Source: Diadema antillarum
Lineage: Eukaryota
Assembly: GCF_040938485.1 (NCBI RefSeq)
Contig: NW_027271046.1
Coordinates: 620,001 to 684,000 of the forward strand
Direction: 5' to 3'
Length of the DNA stretch: 64,000 nucleotides
The notes below the pieces were generated by a model. It was not told the DNA's origin. It ran no database searches and saw only the letters and a program-made list of their open reading frames with translations. Position 1 is the stretch's first letter, and each line of letters begins with the position of its first letter. The position numbers and the translations under genes are program-made. This document shows, one piece after another, positions 34,832-44,715 of the stretch.

Positions 34832-37633
34832 GGTGTTACAGTGATGCCTTCCTCACCACGACAACATCCTCATCACCCTATTTGTGTTTCTGAGCCCCAT
34901 ATTGGAGCCATGAGCAGTAATGGGTCACAGCTACAAGATCAGTGCACTAGACACTTCCTTTGTAATGATATAGGATACCCTTTTAATATGTCAATTAAAG
35001 TATATCATTTGGACCTACGTGACTCTGCCATATGAAGTCCCAGACTTGTTTTAGGCCTAATCTGACTTGCTCTCAGTAATACTAAGTTGCGTTTTGTAAT
35101 ATTTGATTATGGATGACAGATTTCCGATTTCAGCAAGTGGCTAAAACCAAATTGATCTCACTTGTGGTACCCTAGCTAGATAAATTCATATAAATTGTAC
35201 TTAATGGTGATAAATGCTGAATCTAGACCATTACAGAGAGTGAAATGCAAACTTGGTATTAGTATTGGGAAATAGCCTTACAGTGATGGATGAAGGTGAA
35301 TTTTAGTTGTGTATTGTTTGGCGTTTTGGCAGTGTGCAAAAAATGCAGTATGTTTGCTGTAAAATTGCGAATTATGTCAAGCTTGTAACACAGGTTAACA
35401 ACCATCTATGACAAGTACTATGCTATGATGAAAGTGTCAGGTTTTTTTTAATCCTTAAAAAAATAAGTGTAAAATAACCAGTTGTATATTGTCCATACCT
35501 TGCGATAGGCACTGCTAATTTGTATGATAAAATAGTAGATATGCAGTACTTCTATTTATTAGTTTGATTGGATGCCTGAGCTGTATTCAATGTAAAAACA
35601 TATTCCATATATTGTTGCTGAAGGTTCACCCTATTGTCAATCATAACTTGAGAGTATATTTTTGGGATTTTTTTCTTCTTCAATTTCTTCTTCTTCTTCT
35701 TCTTCTTATTTTGGGAAGGGTTGGAGGATGGGATGGCCTATATATTCATATTTTTTCCTTCTTTTCTACCTTCCTGCCTTCTTTAAAGCTGTTGTGGAAA
35801 AATGAAAGTCTAGAAAGTACTGGTACCCAGCCCTGCATAGTGTATTGTCTGTGATTAAACTGCTTGTGGCATAGGCTTGTGTATGTATAACTTTTCGGTT
35901 GGCTAATGCTGTAGCTGTCCATCCATCATACCTAAACTTCACACTCGTCCCATGCTCACCTTAATTGGTTGGTCCTACAATGAAGGCAATGCAATTATCC
36001 TCCCCCCCCCCCAAAAAAAAAAAAAAAAAACCAACAACAACAACAACAACAAATAAACAAAGACAAAACAAATTATAAAGCATCTGTTAAACCCATTTCT
36101 CCTCCTCTTCCCACTAACATTCTTTTTGTTTTTGTTTTTTGCACATATATCAACTCATTGATTGCACTTCTGTATTCATATGTCCAATGGAATAACTGGG
36201 GATTTAATCTCAACTGCAGTTTGTGTAAATATCACCGTTTTCCTGATGCAGTCAAATCTACGGTATAGCAACCACTCAAGAAAGACGGCCTTTTCAGGGA
36301 GATGGCCGCTATAGAAACATAGGCAATCTGTTTGTTTTCCCTTGTTCACATGAAAATGAAACGGTAAGATGTTACTACTGGTAATTATCGTTGCTCAGAG
36401 AATAAAATAAGTGCACAAACCAGTTACTGGTTTTTGTTTCCTACCCTTCCAGCAAACAATTTCTTTGGTCCTAATAAGGCTGTTAGGTGTAAGACGCAGA
36501 AACCTCAGCGAAAAGAATAGCACAATGTGTTGTAGCTACTTGGTACGCTGACAGACCAAGCTCAACCTAGAGCCCGTGGTTGCTATGCACAATGAAATAC
36601 TGATTGTGTGACACGAACCTGGTAGTTGTTGGCCATATTAGAAAGGTGGCCATATTAGACAGGTGGCTGCTACTTGCACCCCAGACTGTCTTCAACACAT
36701 GATATGTACCTCTCCAGACAGATGCCTGTAGTGGTCACATAATTCAGATGGCCACTGTAGACAGGTGGCCAATATGACAGACTTGACTGTACACCAATTT
36801 TACTGTGTACTCCACATCACATTCCAGCCTCCATAGATCATGTGCTGGGTCTAGCTGGTGTTTGTTTTTGTTTTCCTCCTTCTGCTTATGTTGAATATTA
36901 ACACTTAAATATCAGTCTAGATGTGCCAGTAAAGACTAAATGCCACTGTTTTCATGTTACGCTACCCCTCTTGCTCTTGAGAACAGTATTAATGGAGTTA
37001 CTAGTACAAAGTTTCATGTTGCAGCAAATGTGCATGTTCTAATTTCTGTATAAGTCTGCAAGATTGTTCATTTGGACAGTATCATCATTTCCATGAATCT
37101 TATCAAAACATGGAAGTGAAACCCTGCAGGTCTCACAAAAAAGTCAAAACTGTAAAATGCATTTACTTATACAGCATTGCAATTTACTTGTACTTAAATT
37201 ACAGTCGGTGTCTATCATATCAAACTTTTACCCAAACCAACCGTAGTTTCTCAAGATTCTCTTCTGTACTTCTTGTTTTGTCAAGATTGTCACATTATAT
37301 TGTAATTTCTCTCAAAACTATATCATGCATCAGGCAATATCTATTAAAGCTGTATTTGTGAATGGTATGCTAAATTAGGATTCAGGTCAAATATCTCCCC
37401 AGTGTATGGTTCTTACAGATAGATTGCAGTATACATGTATCTTCCGTAAGCTGGGAGACCTGATTGGAACTGATATCCCTTGATAGGAAACTGAAATAAA
37501 CCATTGTATTTTTATTCCAATCCATCATTATGTTTAGCCATTTTAAAATGGTACATAGGTAGGTACGAAAAATTGGCTTCAATGGTGTATAGATCGAGGC
37601 TTTGACCATTGTACATTTACTCTTTGACACAAA

Positions 37634-37639
37634 AATAAA
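37634..37639 (+). terminator. Candidate ECT2 polyadenylation signal (alternatives at ~36401 and ~37495)
   Basis: AATAAA followed by GT-rich sequence; not verified. Confidence 0.35.
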
Positions 37640-37798
37640 TGACTGATATGATGTGAATGTACTTGAATTGAGTGGTTTGTGTATTCACATTCTTGTCTGA
37701 TTATGTACATGAGAGGCACTCAGGAAACTCATCCTAGTAGATGCAGCAGTTTGCATCAAATTTTGGTGATAACAGACAAAGGCCATGTCATCAGCCAT

Positions 37799-37927
37799 AA
37801 TAGGAAGATTAAATGAGAACTTACCTGTTTGAAATTTAATCTTGATTTTATAAGTAAGTCGTAGAGAAGAGACTACATGTCTCATCGGGTGTAATATGAG
37901 ATCCCGCTGGTCACGTGTGTGGCAATT
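37799..37927 (-). repeat. DIRS 3' ITR with 3' extension
   Basis: 37869-37927 is the exact complement of 42671-42729 (59 bp); 37799-37878 is the exact complement of 38032-38111 (80 bp). Confidence 0.97.
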
Positions 37928-38031
37928 TTTTAAAGCTGTACGAGACTACAGGATATATTGATAGGAAGATGAAGATGTTGAGAACTTTACCTGCATAAGG
38001 CTACGTAAGTCGCAGGGTGGGAAGAGGAGGG

Positions 38032-38166
38032 ATGTAGTCTCTTCTCTACGACTTACTTATAAAATCAAGATTAAATTTCAAACAGGTAAGTTCTCATTTA
38101 ATCTTCCTATTTTATTACGTAAGTCTCCGATCGAGACTACATGTCTCATCGGGTGTAATATGAGAT
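38032..38166 (-). repeat. DIRS internal complementary region (ICR, copy of the circle junction)
   Basis: Joins the complements of the element's 3' end (80 bp) and 5' end (58 bp, 42696-42753), both exact. Confidence 0.97.
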
Positions 38167-38290
38167 TTCAAAGCCCTGTAGTCACGTACAGAACAATACA
38201 TCTGTAAGCCATCAATGGCATCACTACAGACAGACATACCTGTGCACTCTGTGCAGACTGCCATTCCATATGCAGACTGAAGTTGCCAAG

Positions 38291-39271
38291 TCACATTTTC
38301 AGTAAAGCCTGGGCAAATTGGTTAGTATCTTGTAAGGGCTTGCAATAAAACTTGCGGAATGTCTTCTCAGCCACCCATCCAGCCCTTGAGAGGATTTCTG
38401 ACACAGGCACCTCACTCCTTTGTGCTGCTGACGTAGAGGCCGCCCTTGTGGAGTGAGCACTGAAGATCTGTGTATCGACACCAGCGTCATGTAGGACAGT
38501 CTTAATCCAACGTGCAATTGTTTGCTTTGATGCACGACGGTGAGGCTTCTTATAAGCTACTAACAAATGTCTCTCCATCCCTCTTAGATTCTGTGTCCGC
38601 TGCACATACTCTTTCATATAATTCACTATGCACAATCTCCTATCTGGAGGGTACGCATTTAGTGTGACACTGAATCCCGTATTTCCAGGCTTGTTTTGTT
38701 TCAGTGTGTTCTCAAAAGAAATCTCAACAGATGATTTTTTCCACCTCATCCTGTCCAGGTGGATAACATGAAGAGACTGCACCCTTTGTGCAGAAACAAG
38801 TGCTATCAGCATAGTCAATTTCTGAGTAAGTTGCTTCAGATTAAGTGCCTTGGATGGAGACAGCTTTCTGAGGTAGTCCAAGACGACTTTAACATCCCAG
38901 ATAGAAGAGTAGCGAGGAGCAGGCGGCTTTAAATGAAAAACTCCTTTCATAAACCTATTTACAAGTGGGTGCGACCCAAGAGGCTGTCGTCCACCATCAA
39001 CTATGAGAAACGTGGAAAGGGCACTCCTGGCTGTATTCAGGCTACTGTATCCAACTTTTTCTTTGTCTAACATATTTGTAAGAAATGCAAGGACATCACA
39101 AACTTGGACATTCAAATAATTAATGTGTCTCTCTGCACAAAATCTTTTCCATTTTCTGATGTACACCTGGTACTGTGCTTTAGTGGATCCTTTCCACGAC
39201 GCAGCTATGATGTCTATTGTCCTTTGTGTGAGGCCCTGCTCTGCGTAAAGTCCCTTCCAAGCCTGCAACAT
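38291..39271 (-). CDS. DIRS ORF3 tyrosine recombinase (326 aa)
   Basis: SAQR, HSTR, GW, KFY catalytic signature; N-terminal SAM-like integrase domain motif (YSSLNTARSALS). Confidence 0.95.
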   Translation of the reverse strand: MLQAWKGLYAEQGLTQRTIDIIAASWKGSTKAQYQVYIRKWKRFCAERHINYLNVQVCDVLAFLTNMLDKEKVGYSSLNTARSALSTFLIVDGGRQPLGSHPLVNRFMKGVFHLKPPAPRYSSIWDVKVVLDYLRKLSPSKALNLKQLTQKLTMLIALVSAQRVQSLHVIHLDRMRWKKSSVEISFENTLKQNKPGNTGFSVTLNAYPPDRRLCIVNYMKEYVQRTQNLRGMERHLLVAYKKPHRRASKQTIARWIKTVLHDAGVDTQIFSAHSTRAASTSAAQRSEVPVSEILSRAGWVAEKTFRKFYCKPLQDTNQFAQALLKM

Positions 39272-41334
39272 AATAGAGACAAGTGATTATTCAAAGGATG
39301 TGGGGTGCCTGAAACTGGTTGACATAATAATGTCTTACTCTTTCGAATTAACATGGGTTCCTCAACCAGCATACTCTTAAGGATAGGGTACCAAACCTGT
39401 GTTGGCCAATTGGGCACCACTAAAATCCCACATGCCTCATCCTTCTGAATTTTCTGCAAGCACATTGGCACTAGATTGAATGGGGGAAAGGCATAAAACT
39501 CCCACTGACTCCAATCAACTGTGAAGGCATCTACTGCCCAGGCCTCTGGTTCAGGCCTCCAAGAAATATATCGGTCTACCTGTTTATTTAGGCGGGAGGC
39601 AAACATGTCAATTTCAGGCACACCAAATCTCCTGATTATTCGTTGAAATATGCTCTTATTCAACATCCATTCTGTGCTGTCCGAGAATTTTCGAGACATG
39701 CGATCTGCTTCAATATTCAATCGCCCAGGTAGGTGAGCAGCTGTAAGCCAGATGTCCTTACTAATACACCATTCCCAAATATCAATGGCCATTTGATTAC
39801 ATTCAGGAGATTTTGTGCCACCCATATTGTTCAGATATGCGACAGCCGTTATGTTATCTGCTCTAACAAGTACATGATTGCTCCTTTTCTCTGAGCAAAA
39901 GGCTTTTAGCCCATGACTAACTGCTACCATTTCTAGCAGGTTAATTTTATTCTGATTTGCCTCTTTCAACTCATCACTATTCCATCTGCCACCTGTTGAA
40001 GTGCACAGATTTGTTGCCCCCCAGCCTTTACCACTGGCATCTGTGTGGATTTCCACATCTGGTTTTGCCCTCTGCATTGGGCTAAACTGTGACTCAAGGT
40101 TCCATATCCACCACTGAATTTCATGGATGCTTTCTCTTGACAAGGTCATATGCCTATCGAAATGTCCCTTGTTCCTTGCAAGGGCAAGAATCTTGTCTTT
40201 CTCTAAGGCTCTATAATAGAGAGGGCCATATTGTACTGCTGGGAATGATGCCACTAGTTGTCCAATAACCTTTGCAACTGTTCTGATAACAGGTTTCTCA
40301 GTAGCCAACAGTTCTTTACAAGACTGCTTTATGTTCTCCTGTTTTTCTTTTGGAAGCCTAACACTCATATCCAGAGTGTTCAGATTGAAACCCAGAAAGG
40401 TAATCTCATGAGTAGGCTCTAAAACTGATTTTTCAGGGTGAACAATAAACCCCAAATTTGATAGCAACTTAGTAGTTGCGCTCACTGCTGCCTGCATTTC
40501 CTCGGCAGTTTTTGCAATGATAAGTGTATCATCTAGATATGCAATTACAATGTGGCCCTGCTCCCTGAGCGTTGCCAAAACAGGCTTTAGCAGTTTTGTA
40601 AAGAGCCTTGGTGCTGAACTAAGCCCATTGGGAAGTGCTTGAAATTGCCATAACCTTCCCTGCCACGTAAATCTCAGGAATTTTCGAGAATCTGGGTGGA
40701 TAGGAACCGTGAAGTATGCGTCTCGGAGATCGACTGAAGCTAAATAATCTCCCGGAGAAATAAGCGGTAGAGCTGTCTTGATATTATCCATCTTAAAATG
40801 CTGATACAAAATACTCTTGTTTAATTCTGTCAAATCCAAGATGACCCTGAGGCCACCATTCTTCTTTGGCCTTGTGAAAATATTTGATATGAATTCCCCT
40901 TCTACATGTTCACATGCTTCTATGACATTTTTCTCAACCAGCTTGTTGATTTCTTCCTGAATCGAGGCCATTTCCTCAGAATTTCTTTTGAATTCATGAA
41001 GGGGTTTTTCCCTACAAGGGGGATATTTAGCTGGGTCAAATTCAAGCTTGTAGCCCTGTACAGCTTGCAAAATATATGTATCAGATGTAAGCTCTCCCCA
41101 GTTGTGCATATGTAGCTTCAGTCGACCTCCGACTGCAATATCATTGACATTAGATGTTATTGTCTCCCTTACCTCATCACTGTTTGGGAGTTGCTCTATT
41201 TCATCCTGCCCTGCCCTTGGCCGAGCTTCCGGTACTGTGGGGCTTGGCGTCCCTCTCGAGACGCTGTCGGGGTAAACGTATGGGGAGCTTGTGGGGTCCT
41301 CTTCCTCCACTGGTTTCGTTGGCCTAAAAAAGGC
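39214..41334 (-). CDS. DIRS ORF2: reverse transcriptase, RNase H, Dam-like methyltransferase domain
   Basis: VGGRL, DLRDAY, LPNGLSSAP, YLDD; TDAS..LLEM..ADN..EAD; DMFAS..YAFPP. Frame open from 41334; first ATG only at 41109. Confidence 0.96.
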   Translation of the reverse strand, partial: AFFRPTKPVEEEDPTSSPYVYPDSVSRGTPSPTVPEARPRAGQDEIEQLPNSDEVRETITSNVNDIAVGGRLKLHMHNWGELTSDTYILQAVQGYKLEFDPAKYPPCREKPLHEFKRNSEEMASIQEEINKLVEKNVIEACEHVEGEFISNIFTRPKKNGGLRVILDLTELNKSILYQHFKMDNIKTALPLISPGDYLASVDLRDAYFTVPIHPDSRKFLRFTWQGRLWQFQALPNGLSSAPRLFTKLLKPVLATLREQGHIVIAYLDDTLIIAKTAEEMQAAVSATTKLLSNLGFIVHPEKSVLEPTHEITFLGFNLNTLDMSVRLPKEKQENIKQSCKELLATEKPVIRTVAKVIGQLVASFPAVQYGPLYYRALEKDKILALARNKGHFDRHMTLSRESIHEIQWWIWNLESQFSPMQRAKPDVEIHTDASGKGWGATNLCTSTGGRWNSDELKEANQNKINLLEMVAVSHGLKAFCSEKRSNHVLVRADNITAVAYLNNMGGTKSPECNQMAIDIWEWCISKDIWLTAAHLPGRLNIEADRMSRKFSDSTEWMLNKSIFQRIIRRFGVPEIDMFASRLNKQVDRYISWRPEPEAWAVDAFTVDWSQWEFYAFPPFNLVPMCLQKIQKDEACGILVVPNWPTQVWYPILKSMLVEEPMLIRKSKTLLCQPVSGTPHPLNNHLSLLCCRLGRDFTQSRASHKGQ

Positions 41335-42575
41335 CTAGATGTGCTCCCTGACGAATCCGCGTAGGATGTCCGCGACACCCAACCAGCTTCCTTGTATCTG
41401 CGTTGAGACCCTTGGCTTGGGTAGGGGTGATAGGCCGGCTTGGGTCTTTTAAACCCGCCTCTCATCACTCCGGCCGCCGCTTTGTGCTGGTCTTGCAAGT
41501 CCTTTACTTGCTTGCCCAAGTCATCCCCAAAGAGATACTTGGTTACAGGGTTTGTTGGTTTGCAGAGATGAGTAAATTTCGCGTTCAGATCCGGCTTGAT
41601 CAATTCTTTACGAAGAGCATTCATCTCAAAGTTTGCGTTGCACAACAAAGCTAGAACGTCTTGCTGTTCGGGAGATATGTTGCTTGGATCGAGCAGGCTG
41701 ACGTAAGCCGAGATACCTCTTGTTAGGGATTTTTGGACCCTCTGAAGTTTCACATCCTTCGTACGAACAGGGGCAGAGAGGTTGTCCCAGATCGTCTGAT
41801 TCACTTTCGGGGTGTCGATCCCTCGACAGTTCGACGGCACTGGGTATTTGCTACTTGTCTCATCGAGCACTTTCTCTTCCAGATGATGGCTCATCAAGTA
41901 GTTGACAGAGCTTGCTAGCTCCTCATCAAGAGGCTGTCCAATATCTGATGCCACCGCAAATTTAGCAGCAAAAGCTGGTACTGTCTGTGCTTCTGCCCTA
42001 TCCACGCACGACTCCAGCTCTGAGCTATGCCCTGCACTCAAGGCATGCACCATGTCATCATCCTCAACATCCATTTCTTCTGTATGTGCCAAGTCATAAT
42101 CTGCACTAACGCTAGAAGTTGAAGCAGAGGCTGAATCACTTCCACTGCGATCAAGATGTCGGTCTGGCTGTGCATGTCCCATGCCTGCCACCCCTTCCCT
42201 TTTACTGGGAAGAGCCTCCATGAACTGACAGAGCAAGCCTTCGAGTCTATCAAGACGACTGTTTACGGTCCCAAAGTTATCATTTGTCAACTTTGACGAG
42301 TTGGATTTCGTAGCAATCCGAGGCCGAGTCGCCGCTACCGCCGCGCGGTCGCCAGCCTCCATCACCGCCGGTACTCCCCGTCCACGGCCCGTGTTGGCAG
42401 CCGTACCTTTCGCTGCCGCTGCGCGGTCAGCTTGGCTAGCACTCACCGCCTGTTGTGACTCCATTGCTGCTCTGTTTTCGCCCGAAGATTCTGCCGCTGC
42501 GCGGTCAGTTTTCTTCTCTTTGTTTTCTTTTTCCGCGGCCACGCCAGCGGATCTTCTATCCTTCTGTTCTTTCAT
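41196..42575 (-). CDS. DIRS ORF1 gag-like protein (459 aa from first ATG)
   Basis: Long open frame 5' of RT; PSNC..PKVN..IW and YLFGDDL motifs typical of DIRS ORF1. Confidence 0.88.
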   Translation of the reverse strand: MKEQKDRRSAGVAAEKENKEKKTDRAAAESSGENRAAMESQQAVSASQADRAAAAKGTAANTGRGRGVPAVMEAGDRAAVAATRPRIATKSNSSKLTNDNFGTVNSRLDRLEGLLCQFMEALPSKREGVAGMGHAQPDRHLDRSGSDSASASTSSVSADYDLAHTEEMDVEDDDMVHALSAGHSSELESCVDRAEAQTVPAFAAKFAVASDIGQPLDEELASSVNYLMSHHLEEKVLDETSSKYPVPSNCRGIDTPKVNQTIWDNLSAPVRTKDVKLQRVQKSLTRGISAYVSLLDPSNISPEQQDVLALLCNANFEMNALRKELIKPDLNAKFTHLCKPTNPVTKYLFGDDLGKQVKDLQDQHKAAAGVMRGGFKRPKPAYHPYPSQGSQRRYKEAGWVSRTSYADSSGSTSRPFLGQRNQWRKRTPQAPHTFTPTASREGRQAPQYRKLGQGQGRMK

Positions 42576-42670
42576 TATTCTGATAAGTCCGAAAGGAAGA
42601 ATTTCCGCGAAATTCTTGAATATTCGAGGGTTGTGAAAAATCCTTTTCACACACACAAAACGCGCCAACG

Positions 42671-42753
42671 AATTGCCACACACGTGACCAGCGGGATCTC
42701 ATATTACACCCGATGAGACATGTAGTCTCGATCGGAGACTTACGTAATAAAAT
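42671..42753 (-). repeat. DIRS 5' ITR
   Basis: Complementary to both the 3' ITR and the ICR. Confidence 0.97.
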
Positions 42754-43177
42754 GTGTGATCAATCATCATCAGCATATGAGGTGATAAGCCATAAAAAGG
42801 GCCATCTAAAACAGTCATGTGAGAGATGCATGGCTTTTATTCAAAATATACTTACAGTAAACCTCACCACAGTTAAATCCAAAGCATCATGAGAACACCC
42901 TCAAGACTGTGAATTCCAACTTGTACAATAGAATTAACACAGTAGGCCTATATGAAACTCCTGTTACGGCAGTTTTCTTTTTTACAATTGTAATAAAATT
43001 TTGCATACAGTAAAATACTGTATGTAAAGAGATAAATGTACAGATTTTAATTTTGGTACCTGAATTTTTACCATGTTGTATTGAGCATTTTTGTCATAAC
43101 CGCGTTCGTTATATATCGGGAGTGCACTGTATCCATCCAGGTAGAAAATTTCGTCAACTTGGTAAATTTTTCAACTA

Positions 43178-43719
43178 CAGTGCACTCCCGTTATAACGAA
43201 CACGGTTACACTGTATAACGTAATTTCGTTATAACGAAGTAAATCTTCTGGTCCCAAAATTATCACCATTATAGTCTGTGGTAAAAAAGAATCGCTTATA
43301 ACGAACACGGTTATAGCGAAATTTCCCGTATAACGAAGTCTTTTCCGAGCGCCACAGACAAAGAAAAACAAAAGAAATGTGCTCCATTATAACGAAATGC
43401 GAATTGCTTTCGAAAATACCTAGCGGAACAAGCATTTATAGCGTCTCTGCATGGGTGACCGCTTCACACCACTGTGTGTTCGCTCTTTGTGTCACGCACA
43501 GTTTCTGAGGGGATCTTGCGTTTATTATTGTGATACAGTTATCCCATCACATTTCACATAGCTTTCCGGTGTATGATGAGTATTCAGCAAACAGAATATG
43601 ATATGTACGTAGTTTCCTTGTTTTCGTTATATGTCGTATTTGTTCGGTTATAACGAAATTTCGTTATAATGAAAAAAAATTGCCGGTCCCGAGCATTTCG
43701 TTATAACGGGAGTGCACTG
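43178..43719. mobile_element. TA-flanked Tc1/mariner(pogo)-type MITE; relatives at ~27170-27330, ~43087-43130 and ~22040-22200
   Basis: TA|CAGTGCACTCCCGTTATAACGAA .. TTCGTTATAACGGGAGTGCACTG|TA; many TTATAACGAA subterminal repeats. Confidence 0.85.
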
Positions 43720-44333
43720 TAGTACAAGGTCATGATAAGCGGCGTTGACTGTAGCTCTTAGAGTTAACTTCGTGGGAGGTAGCGGTCCTCATGTGTAATG
43801 TGTGGGCAAGCAGACTTAACTTTGAACAAAAATGGGGCAAGCACAGCACACAAGGACAATCTACATACAGTTGTAGTTCCCTCTGAGGGAACAATATGAC
43901 GTCAGATGCTATCAATATGTAGTGTCATGGGTCTTTCTTTGTTTACAGCCAAAATATTTGTTAATTTTTATAATGCAAAGGATCAGCAAGTCAAACACAC
44001 AAAGTGAAGGAATGAAGACTGACATCTTGATTTGTTGTTCGATCTTTAAACTGTACTGTTTACAAGATTCTGAACTCTAAAGTCTAAAAATCATCTGGAG
44101 GTCTCCTTTAAGGGAGCACAGCCAGCCAGTCAGAGCTGAAAGAGTGACTTGGATGAGTCATGAATCTGTTCTCTCAGTGAATATCACGAGTAAGTCCAGT
44201 CAAACAGATTTAAAGGTTGAATATTATCCCCTTCGAGAACATAAAATCTTACAGGCTGAAGACTAATGTCTCCCAACATCGTGCATGAAATCTTACTGTA
44301 ACATAACTCAAATACCTGTCCTATGTCACTTAA

Positions 44334-44715
44334 AGGGATTGTATAGTTTTGGTTGAGACCTAATTTCAGGTTTCTAACATTTTTTGGTGAGATAATGAGA
44401 AACTTCTTATTAAATATGAAAGAGCATGTAATTCTGTGAGGAATCCAACGTTTATTTGATGAAAATTGGTCTTGAAATGGCTGAGATATCCAAAAAAGAG
44501 CAATTCTAATGAAGTGTGGGACCCACACTTTATTACGATCGCTTTGTCTTACTTTGTTTTTTTATGTTTCAGTCATTCCAAACCCGATTTTCATCAAATA
44601 AACTTTGAATTCCTCTTAGAATGGTTTGCTCTGTACTATATTATAAATGTTTTCTTGGTATCTCGCAAAAAGTTAAAAGCCCAATTCTCATCTCCACCAA
44701 TACTGTACTATCCCT
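44334..44715. mobile_element. TTAA-flanked Kolobok-like element
   Basis: TTAA|AGGGATTGTATAG .. GTACTATCCCT|TTAA. Confidence 0.75.

Larger units (their letters stand above)
37799..42753 (-). mobile_element. Full-length DIRS1-type tyrosine-recombinase retrotransposon
   Basis: gag-like, RT/RNaseH/MT and YR ORFs all intact; non-identical ITRs plus internal complementary region; no TSD beyond an AAT core. Confidence 0.97.

Noticed and set aside
39214-39300. Second -1 frameshift from ORF2 into the recombinase ORF
   Set aside because: ORF3 is in the -1 frame, but there is no X_XXY_YYZ heptamer in the short overlap and a TAA lies five codons before its ATG.
39380-39620. Methyltransferase motifs as a bacterial restriction-modification gene or horizontal transfer
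   Set aside because: In frame with RT/RNase H; this is the standard DIRS1 MT domain.
41403-42636. Plus-strand ORFs antisense to DIRS gag
   Set aside because: Short shadows of a GC-rich coding strand with no motifs.
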